DNA from: Octopus vulgaris
Lineage: Eukaryota
Assembly (NCBI GenBank): GCA_951406725.2
Contig: OX597830.1
Coordinates: forward strand, 7,006,001-7,070,000
Direction: 5' to 3'
Length of the DNA: 64,000 bases
Shown here piece after piece: positions 41,450-55,811 of this stretch. Within the stretch, counting starts at the first letter, position 1, and every line of letters begins with the position of its first letter. The notes beneath the pieces are model-generated. The model searched no databases. It had not been told where the DNA came from and saw only the letters and a program-made list of their open reading frames with translations. The translations under genes and the position numbers were made by a program.

Positions 41450-42334
41450 GATAGATAGATAGATATCTTGGCTCCATAGAAATGTGTCCATTGAGGTGTG
41501 TGATCCAGTGTAGCGTAGAATTATGCCGTTGTATTACACGATAGTTTATGGCGGCCTAATTTTTTTTTTTTTTTGTAAAACTATGGAAGCATAGAACTAT
41601 ATTGTATTTGTAATGTATAACGTATGGAAACCGACAAATATATAGCTATGCTAGCAGATTATTTATAGTAACTAAGACATGTTAAATGCCCCTGAATCTG
41701 TAATAGTTGATATGTACTGTTTTGTGGGAAATATTATATTCAGATAACAAGACTGGCAGATTCTAGATTTGAGTATTTTGTTGGTTGACCAAGAAAATTG
41801 TAACAAATGAGTTCTGTGACTTAGACATTGATCAGACTCTTGTGTTTCCAATGTGTCCAGCTTCCTCTTCCAAGGTGGGCTTGAAACAATATGAAATAAA
41901 AGGATGCTACCATCAACATCATCACCGTCATTATCATCGTTAACACCATCACCGTTATCATGATCATTATTATCATTATCACCACCATCATCATCGTCAG
42001 TATCGTCAACATCATAGCCACCACCACCACCACCACCACCATCAGTATCATCAACACACTAATCTGGTCCCCCTCCCTCCAATGTATCTTGAAAACTGTA
42101 ACCAGTGCGTTATCGATCGCTTTAGAGCCACCCACATCTACCCCCACCCCCTGAATACGTCACGACACCGCCGCCACCACCTTCCAGCAACGTCTCCCTC
42201 ACCGTCTTTTTCTACCATTTCCTCCTCCGCTTCCTTCTCTATTCTATCGATCATTTCTCGTCAATCCACCATGCTATTATGATGGTCCGCTCTGGTTTAC
42301 GGATAGAAATGTCAAATGCAGCAAAGAACACAGC

Positions 42335-42730
42335 ACCACCACCGATACCACCACCACCACAACTGACAACACCACCACCACCGACAACACAATCACCACC
42401 GACAACACCACCACCACCGACAACACCACCGCCACCACCGCTACCACCAACACCACCACCGACATCACCGACATTGACATCACTACCACCGACACCATCA
42501 CCACCACCACCGACACCATTGTCACCACTACCACCACTACTATCTCGATTATATCACTACTAACTCCACTACACCAACACTGCTCTTACTAATAACACCA
42601 TCACTATAACCATTACTACTACTACCACTAATACGAATAGCAGTAGAACCATCACCACCACAACCAATCCCTCAACACCAACACTACAACCACAACCACA
42701 ACCACCAGCTCCTCTACCATCACCACTGAA
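42335..42730. repeat. Imperfect (CCA/CAC)n tract
   Basis: Read directly; source of the Pro/Thr-rich ORF. Confidence 0.9.
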
Positions 42731-42934
42731 ACAATACCAATACAAACTAAAGATAAAATATACATGGAGACACATCTATCACTCCCACTCTTTCACCTTT
42801 GCTACTCTCTCTACACACACACTCTCTCTCTCTCAATCTCTCTCACCTGCCTTCTTTCTCTATTATTGTTTTTATCACTTCATCTCTCTTACTTTCTTTC
42901 TCGGTCATTGCTTCATTTGCCCGATACTAACATT

Positions 42935-43670
42935 GACACCTTGTCACAAATACGTCACAATATTTATGAGTTTGCGTCACAATCGTCTCTAACAATACTT
43001 GGGTCTTTATTATAAACATGTCACACCGTAACTGTATCTGTGAGAAACAAGTGAAACTGTGCTGAATCTGTATCTAAAACCTGTAACAGTGTGCATGGCT
43101 GTGTATCCAGACATGTTACTCTGAGTCACGTCACAAACATGACTCATTGCGTTGAGTCCACGTCACAAACACGTCTTTCTATATCTGGGTCTAAATCAGA
43201 AATCTCTCCTTCGAAGTCTGTGTCATGAAGATGTATGAGTCTGTGTAGCAAGCATGACACACTGTGCCACACATTGTGTCACAAAAATATATTTCTGTAC
43301 TACACTCAGTGTCACAAACCCATCACATGAAATCTGTTATTAAGTGTGATCTACTTCGAGCCTGTGTCACAAACATTTTTTTCCGCCTCAGCCTCTGTCA
43401 CAAGCGTATGACACTGAACCTGAGTCAGTGTCACGTGCGTCTATCTCATCAACGTGTCTCACTCTACTTGAGTGTGCGTTACAAACATGTCACACTCTAC
43501 CTGAGACTGTCTCACAATCATATGTTACAAAAATGTTCAACTGTGCCTGAGCTAGAGTTACAAACATCTCCTTTCACCGTGCTTGAGTTGGATTGACAAA
43601 CATGCTTTTTACATGACTGACTTGGCGTTACAAAGATGTTTCATTGTAACATATTGTGTCACAGACGTAT
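42935..43670. repeat. Old degenerate ~33-bp minisatellite (approximate consensus ctgagtctgtgtcacaaacatgtcacactgtac)
   Basis: A recurrent gtcacaaacatg/gttacaaacat core at roughly 31-35 bp spacing over ~700 bp. Confidence 0.7.
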
Positions 43671-43711
43671 TTCTATCAATAGGCGTTTAGATCGGCGCTC
43701 TACCATTTCTG

Positions 43712-44115
43712 CGACACCACAACTGACACCGACACCACCACCACCTACGCCACCACCGCCAACACCACCACCACCGACACCACCATCAACACCACCAACA
43801 ACGACACCATCACCAATGACACCACCACCAGGAAAATAAATCGTGTGAAAATAAGAGACATGAGGAGAAACTAAGGCGATGCTGGTGGCGGTGGAGGTAG
43901 TTGGGGGGAACGATAGTGGTGGTAGTGGTGGTGCTGGTGGTGGTGATGTTGGTGTAGTTGTTATTCGTAGCATGGTGATGTTGGGTGATAGTGGTGGCGG
44001 CTGTAGTGGTGAAGGTGGGGTGGGTGATGGAGATGGTGGTAGTGTTGTTAGTGGTGGCAGTGACGGTGTTCTTATTGGTCGTGGCAGTACTGGTGATGGT
44101 GATGAGGATGGAGAT
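43712..44115. repeat. (CAC)n tract followed by an inverted (GGT)n tract
   Basis: 43712-43830 is C-rich and 43880-44115 is G-rich. Confidence 0.85.
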
Positions 44116-44288
44116 GGACACAGTGTTTCATGTAGCGGTCTCAGACATGAAACGACGTCACATGTAGCCTCAAACAACATCAAACAGGTGACATAAAACA
44201 TGAGTAAAAGGTCAGAAAAACATCACAGAATGGAAAACACACGACGCGAAGGAATGGTTCTCTTAGTTTTCTTAGATTTTCATACGTT

Positions 44289-44349
<61 letters not shown>

Positions 44350-44750
44350 ACACACGCAGAGAAACAGACACACACATATACACATATACAGGCATACGTA
44401 TATAAATACATAAAAAAGAAAATATATGTATACACATATTTATACATACATACATATACATGAACGTATGATATAAATAAATATAGTAAGATATACGCAT
44501 ATGTATGCATGAATATATGAACGATATAGCTATATAAACCGGTACACAAAAAATACAAACGCATACACACGCAAACATACACACACGCGTATACAGACAT
44601 GTAGTCGCACATTCACAAAAATACAAGCCCGCGAATACTTGCACATGATACTGTCATATACACATAATGATTGAAAGCACCCGCTTATATTGATCACATT
44701 ATAAACACCACAAATATTGTATATTTATTTTTATATACATACATATATAC

Positions 44751-44814
<64 letters not shown>

Positions 44815-44837
44815 ATAAATATATATATATAGACATG

Positions 44838-44875
<38 letters not shown>

Positions 44876-45020
44876 CATACATATACTCAATACACACTCA
44901 TTAGCGCTACAATGACATACAAAAACGAACATCATATCTATATTCAGGTACAAGAATATATCCTTTTAAGCAGTGCATATATAAATATATACATATATTT
45001 ATATATATATATATATATAA

Positions 45021-45066
<46 letters not shown>

Positions 45067-46042
45067 CGCATGTATGTTTTCATATATGCGCACAAGATTT
45101 ACATATAGTGACGTGAATGTTTCAGCATATAGACTCAACAATTTTACACCTTTATACACACACACAGACGCATATATATATACATGCATGAAGTGTATCT
45201 ATCCATTCACCCATACAAATGAACAGGCGCTTCCACGAAAATTCAAACTCGTATGCACACATACACACACACGTAAACACACACAACGCACACATAGTCA
45301 CGTATACATTCGCGCACACACTCAAACACATTATCACAGTACACACGCACACACACACACATTCACACACAGATACACACGCATATACATTCATAAATCC
45401 ACACGTGCAAACTAAATTACATAAACGTTAGCAAATATAAACAAACGGGGAACAAACTACTTGATAGACAAAGAATTCACACATTCACACACATATTCAC
45501 GAAGACGCATAAACACACTGCAAACAGAGGCGCGCAAGCACTCGCTTCTACTTCCCACTCTATACTTAATACATTGACTCAGCAGCCGTCAACACTACGA
45601 CCGCCACCACCACCACCACCTTCATGACTACGGCTTCGCCCCCATACACAGGTGATGATGATGGCAGTGGTGGAGGTGGTGGTGGTGGTGGTGGTGGTGG
45701 TGGTGGTGGTGGTGGTGGTACTACCCGATTTTACAGCCAACCCACTTCAGAACCCTCTCCAAACACAACAGCATTACAGGAGTCGCCATTAACAGACATT
45801 TTCTATTGTGCTGCCCTCTTGTCGTTCAATTGTGTTCACAGCGCCGACGGAAACACTACATTTTTCATGATCACTTCCGGTTCGATAAAACACACGCAGC
45901 AGAAAGCACATACACATACACAAACACACACACAAACACGTATGTACGTAAACTTACACACACATGCACGCACATGTGAGCATTAATAAGTTAACACACA
46001 ATCAAAATTGCCACACGTATATAACGCAATAGGTACAAACAG

Positions 46043-46204
<162 letters not shown>

Positions 46205-46369
46205 ATATATATGCATGTACAGAACAAGCAGGTACCAATTTATATACACACATCAATATAAAGCCAGGTTATTTATTTATAAATGTATGTATTTCATTAT
46301 TTTATTTAAACGGTTCTCGGATATTTAATCACTGTAAATACAAACCACACGTGTATATTTGTATATCTT

Positions 46370-46468
46370 TTGGAGGGAGGGTGTCAGTCGATTAGATCGA
46401 TCCCAGCACGCAACTGGTACTTAATTTATCGACCGCGAAAAGATGAAAGGCAAAGTTGACCTCGGCGT
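46370..46468 (-). mobile_element. SINE family B 3' fragment
   Basis: gtcgattagatcgatcccagcacgcaactggtacttaatttatcgacc...gatgaaaggcaaagttgacctcggc. Confidence 0.8.
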
Positions 46469-46498
46469 GTATATTTGGATATATCCCTCAATTTCACT

Positions 46499-46541
<43 letters not shown>

Positions 46542-46699
46542 CATGTATATAGATATGTTTGTATATTTGTTTACATATGTGTGTATACATTCATATATGT
46601 GTGTGTATATGTACATGCATGTATATAATTGCACACATGCACAAATACATGCCTACATACATACATATATGCGTAGGTATGTATATTACATGCATATTG

Positions 46700-46745
<46 letters not shown>

Positions 46746-46843
46746 CAGGTGGTAGAGACAAGAGTTATAAATCAATGCGTGTATATGTACCTGTGTAAGA
46801 ATGTGCGGCTATTCGTGTACATGACATAGGATGCGTATGAGAG

Positions 46844-46916
<73 letters not shown>

Positions 46917-47715
46917 CTGCATAAAACGGACATTTTTCGAGCTGAGTGAAGATGGAGATTTAAGGAAAAGAGAAACAAACACGCAGCATAAATTGTAGAA
47001 GATGAAGAAGAAGAAGAAGAAGAAGAAGAAGAAGAAGGGAAGAGGAGAAGGAGGACGAGAAGTAGAAGAAGGAGGAGAAGGAAGAGAAAAAGAAGAAGAA
47101 GAAGACGAGGAGGAAATGAAGGAGCAGGAGGAAGAGGAGGTGGGAGGAAAAGAGGATAGTTAGTGGAGCCACATACAGACATATAACAATGAAGAGTGAC
47201 AGTTTTACAAAGACGTAACATGAAGAGAGATGTGTGTAAGATGGACGGGACATCCAATGACAGATATGTATGTATGTATGTGTGTATGTATGTATTATGT
47301 ATGTATGTATATAGTTATGTGTATATGTGCGTGTATGTACACATACCTGCGGGTTTGTGTGTCAAGGTATAGCTATTCATTGAAAGTGCTCAACAACTAA
47401 GTAGAAGTTATTCGGTGCTATGATCAATGTCTATGTGAAATACATAGACTGAGAATGTCTCCAGTATATATACATAAAGATAGCATTCGTATATTTGCAA
47501 TCTAAAATTATATGTACATATAATCAGGCAGACAAATAGACAGATGGATTGATTGATTGATTGATATAAATATACATATCTATATTGACATATATATCTG
47601 TGCGTATATATAAACACTTATCTATAAGTGTATTTTATGTAGGTGTGTGTGTGTGTTTGCGTGTGTGTGTGTTTGGATGTGTGGGTGTGTGTTTGAGTGT
47701 CCATATGTAAACGTT

Positions 47716-47985
47716 CGTGACCTGATCCTTCGTCCGATGTCACTTCATCCACGTCTTTGTCTGATGATTTTTAAAAAATATTCTGTTTAATTTTTGTTTA
47801 ATTTTATATTAACTCTTTAGAAAACAGGGTGAACATCAAGATCAAATAACCATTGAGAATTTCTACTGATACGATTTGTCGTTAGAGAAAAAAGAAAAAA
47901 TTCATCGGACAAAAAGACGTCGGACCAAAAGACGTGGTCGAAAAAACGTTTGACGAAGTGACGACGGGCGAAAAGACATTTCACC
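47716..47985. mobile_element. Foldback MITE with subrepeated TIRs and a 9-bp TSD (MULE/Rehavkus-like)
   Basis: The left arm cgtgacctgatccttcgtccgatgtcacttcatccacgtctttgtctgatga is an imperfect inverse of the right arm tcatcggacaaaaagacgt...gacgaagtgacgacgggcgaaaagacatttcacc. Flanks are GTAAACGTT and GTAAACGTG. Confidence 0.7.
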
Positions 47986-48339
47986 GTAAACGTGTATTTG
48001 CATGTATACGTACGTACAAAACATATATGCATTCGCTTTTCATAGCCTCGACTTACTAGTTGTGCCGGAAACTATTTGAAAATACTAATAGAGAAAAGAG
48101 TAATGAACGCTAATGAATATATACTGTGAGAAGTGATAAGGGAAAGAAATCTTGAAATTTTGCTTAAGCAAATATCGTATTGCGATAAAAAAAAATTACA
48201 ACTATGGCGGCCATGCTAATCACTTTTGGTGTTGATTCGCAGTTATTTGAGATCGGTAGCAAAAATATACCTTGCAATTATTGTTAATTCAGGACAGCAT
48301 ACACACAAACACACGCATGCACACATATGTATATACATT

Positions 48340-48540
48340 CAATCCTTTCCAATGAATCTAATGGTCTTAGCTTAGTTTTTCCTTGGGGCTGGCCAGATTG
48401 GAGCAATCTCAAGATTAATCAGCCGAAATTGCGAGGATGATCTGGTTCTTGACTGAAGATAAAAGGCTTCGAATGACCCGTCCGTGTTTTTTGTATCATC
48501 TATTTGGATGTTTTGCATTCTTGTCCCATTTTGTATTTCA
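48340..48540 (+). mobile_element. Penelope-like terminal-repeat relic (family of 2450-2656 and 2737-2840)
   Basis: ggctg...cagccGAAA...ctggttcttgaCTGAAGA...ggcttcgaatgacccgtc. Confidence 0.5.
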
Positions 48541-48562
48541 TATATATATATATCTATCTATC

Positions 48563-48639
<77 letters not shown>

Positions 48640-48782
48640 GCGTACGTACACTTTGTTATCCTATGTATATACATACATATATAGAATAAAATATTGCACT
48701 CAAAGACGACAATTGAACACAAAGATGTAACTCGCTCACCACTGATTAGTTACTGACCAAAACCCATTACCATTTCGCATAT

Positions 48783-48883
<101 letters not shown>

Positions 48884-49323
48884 TATATACATATATATAT
48901 ATATATAACAAAAAACAAGTTCAATCTCATCTTACGATCGTTTCAGACAACGAAAATGTTTCATTCATATCACATGCATATACTTTTAATACATACAATA
49001 TAATGGTATATATCACATTTCTATACGTATGGTGTGAATATAAAATGTTCGTTTAGTGAAACGATTGTTACATCAATTTTGATATTCTCTTTTCTTCATT
49101 TAAAATATTATTGTTGTTGTTGTTGTTATTATTTTTATTATCCTCTCTGTGAACATATATTATGCCTATTGTATAATATTTTAGGTTTCCCAATGCTCTT
49201 TTTCCTAACAATTGGAGTTTAATCGAAGCTTATTGAATTTCCAGAATACTACGGTAACCAGGTCCCTATACGAGGTGCTGAAGAGGGGATAATTTGGATG
49301 ACAATTTTCTCCTAAACTTGCAC

Positions 49324-49422
<99 letters not shown>

Positions 49423-49552
49423 TGAATATGCTTACATATAATATATATACATATACATATATATGTTTGTATATATATGCATATATATGTATATATTCAT
49501 ACATATATATTTATATATATGCATATATATATCTTTACATGTATATATACCT

Positions 49553-49617
<65 letters not shown>

Positions 49618-50325
49618 TATTTACATACATGTATGCATACAAATACCCTGTACAAAGCATACAAAAAGAAAATACAGATGGAATAGAAAAAACACCAACC
49701 AAGAGGATAATATACATCCATCGAGAGAAAGAGCGCACACGCACGCATACAATGATACATCAAAGAGATCGGCCATTGAACGGGCCCGCCCTCATCCACA
49801 ATGACGGCTCCGATGTGGCCATGGAAGCGAACGTTTGCCGGGATAAGGTAGCCCCTCCCATGACGCCCACCACGCCCACGTCGGGAACCCTTAAGAATCA
49901 TTGGCACCGAAGGGTCGCCGTTTGGTCCACCACAGACGCCGTAACAGACATAAGCAATCGGAGGTGTTCCAACCAGGAGGACTTGTAGAGATGGATGACC
50001 TCACAATGCAAGGCCTCGTTATCACGTTGTTCTCTTGGCTCTTCCAAACATGGCCTACCCTCTCTTAAACACATCGTTCTTGTACTACACGTTTTACAGT
50101 AGAGTCGTCGTTTTATTTTTCGCCAGTGAACCTTATCCAACCCCTGGGGTTTTTCTTGATGACCAGGACCTCAGGACAAATTCTGCTCTCCGGTGGTCAC
50201 ATCACACCTAAGAACGATGTTTGCTTTGGCCGATGGCATGCACCGGCCAAGCCTCTTCCGTTCTTTCCCGAGCTAGAACAGGAAGGACAAGTTCCTACTG
50301 ATGAAGCTCCTGCCATCTGGTTCAA

Positions 50326-50510
50326 AATGGTTTACGACTAGAGCAACGAGCGTGGCTCTCATAGCGAATCGCTTTCTATTCTTTTTACCGGAAACTACGC
50401 CGTTGATGCTATGATTACGTGCAAAACAATTACAAAGCTAAAATTAGGTGCGTGCAGTTTCACAATCCGCAATTGTTTACAATTATCAAGTCCACACTGG
50501 ATCGACATCC
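50326..50510 (+). mobile_element. Possible decayed N-terminus of a Tc1/mariner-superfamily transposase (DUF4817-like HTH)
   Basis: With one frameshift and stops it reads MVY-LEQRAWL...[13 protein letters not shown]...LFTIIKSTL, reminiscent of M.ytleqR.fiv..y....sy..vq..f..kf. Confidence 0.3.
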
Positions 50511-50585
50511 GTACGTACCTTTAACATGCACAAAACATATATACACACATATATATATGTATATATATATATATATATACACATA

Positions 50586-50670
<85 letters not shown>

Positions 50671-50690
50671 GCACATATATACATGTATGA

Positions 50691-50725
<35 letters not shown>

Positions 50726-51293
50726 GGCTCTCTCTCTCTATATATATATATACATACAAATATATACATACACACACATATACATACTTACATATATATG
50801 CATGCCTGTGTATGTATGTTACACAAACAGTCACACATACACACGCACACATGTCCGTACGTTCATAGAACCACAAACGAACAGAAGTACTGCTCACAAC
50901 GCATGGCCGGTTTATAAACTCAGTAACCCGGCCCAGCAAAACATTGGTCATTACTAATCTATGTAATTACAACTAGCTAGACACTCCACGTAACCCTGGA
51001 GGTTAGAGGTGACACATACTTTTAAAAGAGACAAGAATGTACAGAAGCTACCTACTACTAATGGCTGCTAATTTCGGTTCAATAGGAGACAAATAACTTG
51101 TGGTATTCAATCCATCCCTACTCCAGTACACAGCTGGTATGTAACGTCATTGAAATTTGAATCGCTGTTTCTGGAAGATAAATCTGTCTATCGCCTCGTA
51201 CGGAATAATAACTTTGAGGGACCGTAGACGTATAAATATATATATATATATATTTATATATACGTATATATTTACACACACATATATATATAC

Positions 51294-51347
<54 letters not shown>

Positions 51348-51399
51348 GCCACCCCCACCATCACCCTCTCGCACAAACTCCCATTGCTTCCATTAACAA

Positions 51400-51570
51400 G
51401 TAAATCGCCAAAACAGTGAAAACCAGTCACCACTATCGCCTCGACATTTATGATCAATGCCCTTCGGCCAATGCCCAGAAATGGAAGATCCAGTTTATTG
51501 AGGACTGGGTTAATGACCATCCACACCATATCACTTTTTCCGTCCTCACAGGAAACCATCTCAATATCCT
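51400..51570 (+). mobile_element. LINE apurinic-endonuclease (APE) N-terminal relic
   Basis: Across frameshifts it reads TFMINA-SANAQKWKIQFIEDWVNDHPHHITFSVLT(E)THL, fitting the APE motifs N.qgl...K and itETwL. Confidence 0.45.
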
Positions 51571-51816
51571 CTCCACTTGGAAGCTGGGGTGGCAGTGAAG
51601 AATTTGTATGTATGTATTTACCTGTGCATATATAAATGCATACATACACACACAAAGATATGAAATGTGTGTGCGTGTGTAATTATATATATATATTTCT
51701 TTATATATACATATATATATATATACATATATATACATATATAATATAATATGTATATATGTTATATATTATATATATTTTATATATACATACACACACA
51801 CAGATATACATATATA

Positions 51817-51868
<52 letters not shown>

Positions 51869-52282
51869 AATATATATATAAACACAAAAATATATATATG
51901 TATATATATATGTAAATATATATATATAAATGTATATATATATATATATATATATACATATATATACACACATACATATATATATATGTGTGTGTGTGTG
52001 TGAGTCTGTGTGTGTGTAATTTATGCATTCATGCGCGGGCGAATTCTTCTGAAGTCTTTGTTTCCGTAATTAGAAATAAATGCTACTAATTAAACAAAGT
52101 ACACAACCAATCTGGAAGTACATATTTTTGAGTACTTATATTTATTAACAAAAGAGCGTCGCTTCACTGGGTCTTCATTATGCTATGTATACGCTTATGT
52201 ATACATATGTGTATGCATATATATATATATGTATACACGTATATATATGTGTGTGTATACACACACACAACACACACGCACC

Positions 52283-52346
<64 letters not shown>

Positions 52347-53567
52347 TAGATATAGATATATATTTACATATACATACAAACATGTATTTATATATATATA
52401 TATGCATATATATATACATTTGCATATTATACGCATGTGCGTACGTATGTATACATACATACGTCGTGGATACACACACACACACACACACACACACTCA
52501 AACACACACAATGAAAGAATGAGAAAGAGAAAAACAAGGGGGGGTTCATATAAGCACAACAAGGAGCAATTTATGGAGGTAGAATTGAAGAAATAAAGGA
52601 AATATCCCGCAATGCTTTTGGCGATTCTCTCTTTTACGATTCCGTTGGTTGCTTTCTCGTCTACTCGAGTCAGTGTAAGCCGCCAGTTGGCTGGCTTGAT
52701 TCTATATTGGATGTTGTTGTGTACTATAGAGAATGTCTGCGGTTCCTTTCCTCTCTCAAAGAACTGCTGTCTGTTATGTCGTTGGCTGACATTTATGTGT
52801 TGGCGTTGGCACCATTGGTTGGTTGGCATCGCCTGCCTTGTAGTTCTTGCTTTCTTTTTCCACCTTCACTTTCATGCCGTTGGCTTTCTTCATATTAATT
52901 CTACAAATACAAACTAGTTTTCATTGCTAGAGATTCTTGCCGTATTTTTCTCTCTTGCGTTTTCTCTCTTTATTTTTTTTTTCGTCTCTTTCCTTTCTTC
53001 TTCTTATTTATTTCATTCTCGTTCCCTCTCTTCTCTCTTCTCTTCCTTAGTTCCTTCTGCCTGCCAGCCTGGCTAGTTTGGATCCGATCGTATCGACCAA
53101 TTAGGTTACACGAAATCAGAGTCAACAGATAAATTTACGAGAACCAGTAAGACAGAGAGGGAGACAGAGAGAGAGAGATACAAGAAGAGAGAGGAAAGTG
53201 TGAGTAGAAATAGAGAGAGAGACAGATACAGAGAGAGAGAGAGGGAGAGAGATAGCTATGTGGAGGAAGGATAGTGAAGGGGAGGGAGTGATTTAGTAAA
53301 TAACAAATGATAGATTCGTTACAATTGATTTAGATTCTTCTATTTTATTTGTATCTTTATTTATTTAATTTCTCTCGCTACTTATTCCATTTCTATCACT
53401 CTCCTGTAATTGCAACAAACAACACATGTGCTTAAACACACACAGACTCGAACACTCACACATACTTACACACACACATAGCTGTACATACACATACATA
53501 ATAAGTACTAGTGATCAGAGTAACGCTTGGGGTATTCCCATGTATATATATATATATATACATACAT

Positions 53568-53599
<32 letters not shown>

Positions 53600-53671
53600 T
53601 TCTATATATATATATATTTGCACATATATACATATATATATATACATATATACATATATACATATATACAT

Positions 53672-53727
<56 letters not shown>

Positions 53728-53852
53728 CTATGTATGTATTTATGTATAGATATAGATATATATGCCCACTATTATATAATAGATATAGTTATATATTCAT
53801 ATCCGAGATTTATATGTGTATGACGTGTATATATAGTATATTATTGCATCTG

Positions 53853-53891
<39 letters not shown>

Positions 53892-53904
53892 GCATGCATG
53901 TATG

Positions 53905-53965
<61 letters not shown>

Positions 53966-54493
53966 GTACATACATACATACATATATATATATATATGTG
54001 TAAGTGGGAAAAAGTCAAGGTAGAAAATGCTAATGTTAAATGGTCAGGTGCCCTGAAAGAGACAATTCTTGAGACACCTCTTTTGAATGTATTGTTTGGA
54101 ATCCGGCAGTTACATTATTAGCTCTCTGATATGATCCATATCTGGCTAACCACATCGAATGATACAGAATTGTATAAGATAAACAATTATAAGCTACCTC
54201 ACTCAATAAGTAAATCCCAAGTTGGATTCAATGAATTTCATAAACCATGAATTTCATGACTTTTAAAGATCCCTTGTACGGATCCCTCCTGACTCATTTG
54301 AAAGCGGACTATTCCTATAATCGACCTGACCTGTGGAAGAGAATGATTTCCGCTTCCCAATTAGTAAAAATATTCGAAAATTTCATGTTATTTTAAAAGG
54401 AGAATCTTTAAATACAATGTCATTGCATGTACTATTGTCACATAGTCGCATGTCATATTTATATAGACCACAAATAAAATAGTATATCCATAT

Positions 54494-54548
<55 letters not shown>

Positions 54549-54564
54549 CATAGTTAGATAGATG

Positions 54565-54671
<107 letters not shown>

Positions 54672-54761
54672 TATATATATACATATAATTATATCAAGGG
54701 AGACAGAGCTAAAATGACCTGTCTCCAGCATGCACGAAGTGCTGATACCTTCAAATAATAA

Positions 54762-54819
<58 letters not shown>

Positions 54820-54899
54820 TCATCGTAAACCGGTGACTGCCGCACGTTGAAGACAGGCAAAAACCTAGAAACTGCAGTCCGTGCGTGTCGCTTAGGTTT

Positions 54900-55060
54900 A
54901 CGAGAGAGGGATGACCTCCCTTTGAAAATACCATAAGGGCACAGAAAGTGTGCCTACAGCCAGCTGGAGACGATGATCTCCTGGGGCTAAAAGCTACAGT
55001 AACACCCACCCTTAGTGGTTAGTCATATTGAGATGGCTAGTATACTTTACGTTGTCGAGC
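54900..55060 (-). mobile_element. Unclassified interspersed repeat (see 34495-34670)
   Basis: Aligns by eye with 34495-34670 in opposite orientation. Confidence 0.5.
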
Positions 55061-55139
55061 AGTTACTGTTTACATCTCGTTCAGAGATTTATTATTGCTA
55101 TATATATATATATACACAAAGTCGAACAAAGCCATCTCA

Positions 55140-55192
55140 GGACTTATCTAATGTAGGCCTAGTACTTATACTATCGGTATCTTATGCATACA

Positions 55193-55269
<77 letters not shown>

Positions 55270-55423
55270 GACAAGCCTCTTTTACTTTCCGTCTACTAAA
55301 TCCTATCACAAGGCTTTGGTCGGTCCGAGGCTATAGAAGACATTTGTCCAAAGTGCCAAGTAGTGGAACTGAACCCGGAACCATGTGGTTGGAGAGCAAG
55401 CTTCTTACCACACAGCCTCGCCT
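55140..55423 (-). mobile_element. SINE family A (head 55268-55423 plus a tail remnant)
   Basis: cacaaggctttggtcgg...gaactgaacccggaaccatgtggttgg...cttcttaccacacagcc. Confidence 0.85.
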
Positions 55424-55557
55424 ATATATGCAGGTATATATAAATATGTATATCTGTTTATATACAACTAAAACATTGATGTATAATTTATGATATTATA
55501 CACACATCTATATTGGCTGTACCAGGACATAGGAATACTAATATTGGTTAAAGATTT

Positions 55558-55755
55558 TGGCAAAAGGCCAGCAATTTTCGGGTTTGTGGCAGTCGAGTCG
55601 ATGCATCAAATCCAGTGCTCGACCAGTACGTATTTTATGACCTCGAAAGGATGACAACCAAAGTCACCCTGGGCGGGATTTGAACGCAGAACGTATTGAA
55701 AGACAAAATGGCGCTCAGCATTTTGAGTCAGATACTGACGATTCTACCATTTAAC
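55558..55755 (-). mobile_element. SINE family B, decayed
   Basis: ggcaaaaggccagcaatttt...cgaaaggatgacaaccaaagtcaccctgggcgggatttgaacgcagaacgta. Confidence 0.7.
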
Positions 55756-55811
55756 CTTCTTAATACGAATATTAATATAACCACAATGAGCATACCATGT
55801 ATAAGACGTAG

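Noticed and set aside
42279-42563. Extensin/mucin-like Pro-Thr ORF (also 43636-43839 and 59256-59732)
   Set aside because: It arises from imperfect (CCA)n repeats that are open in several frames on both strands, with no signal peptide or flanking exon evidence.
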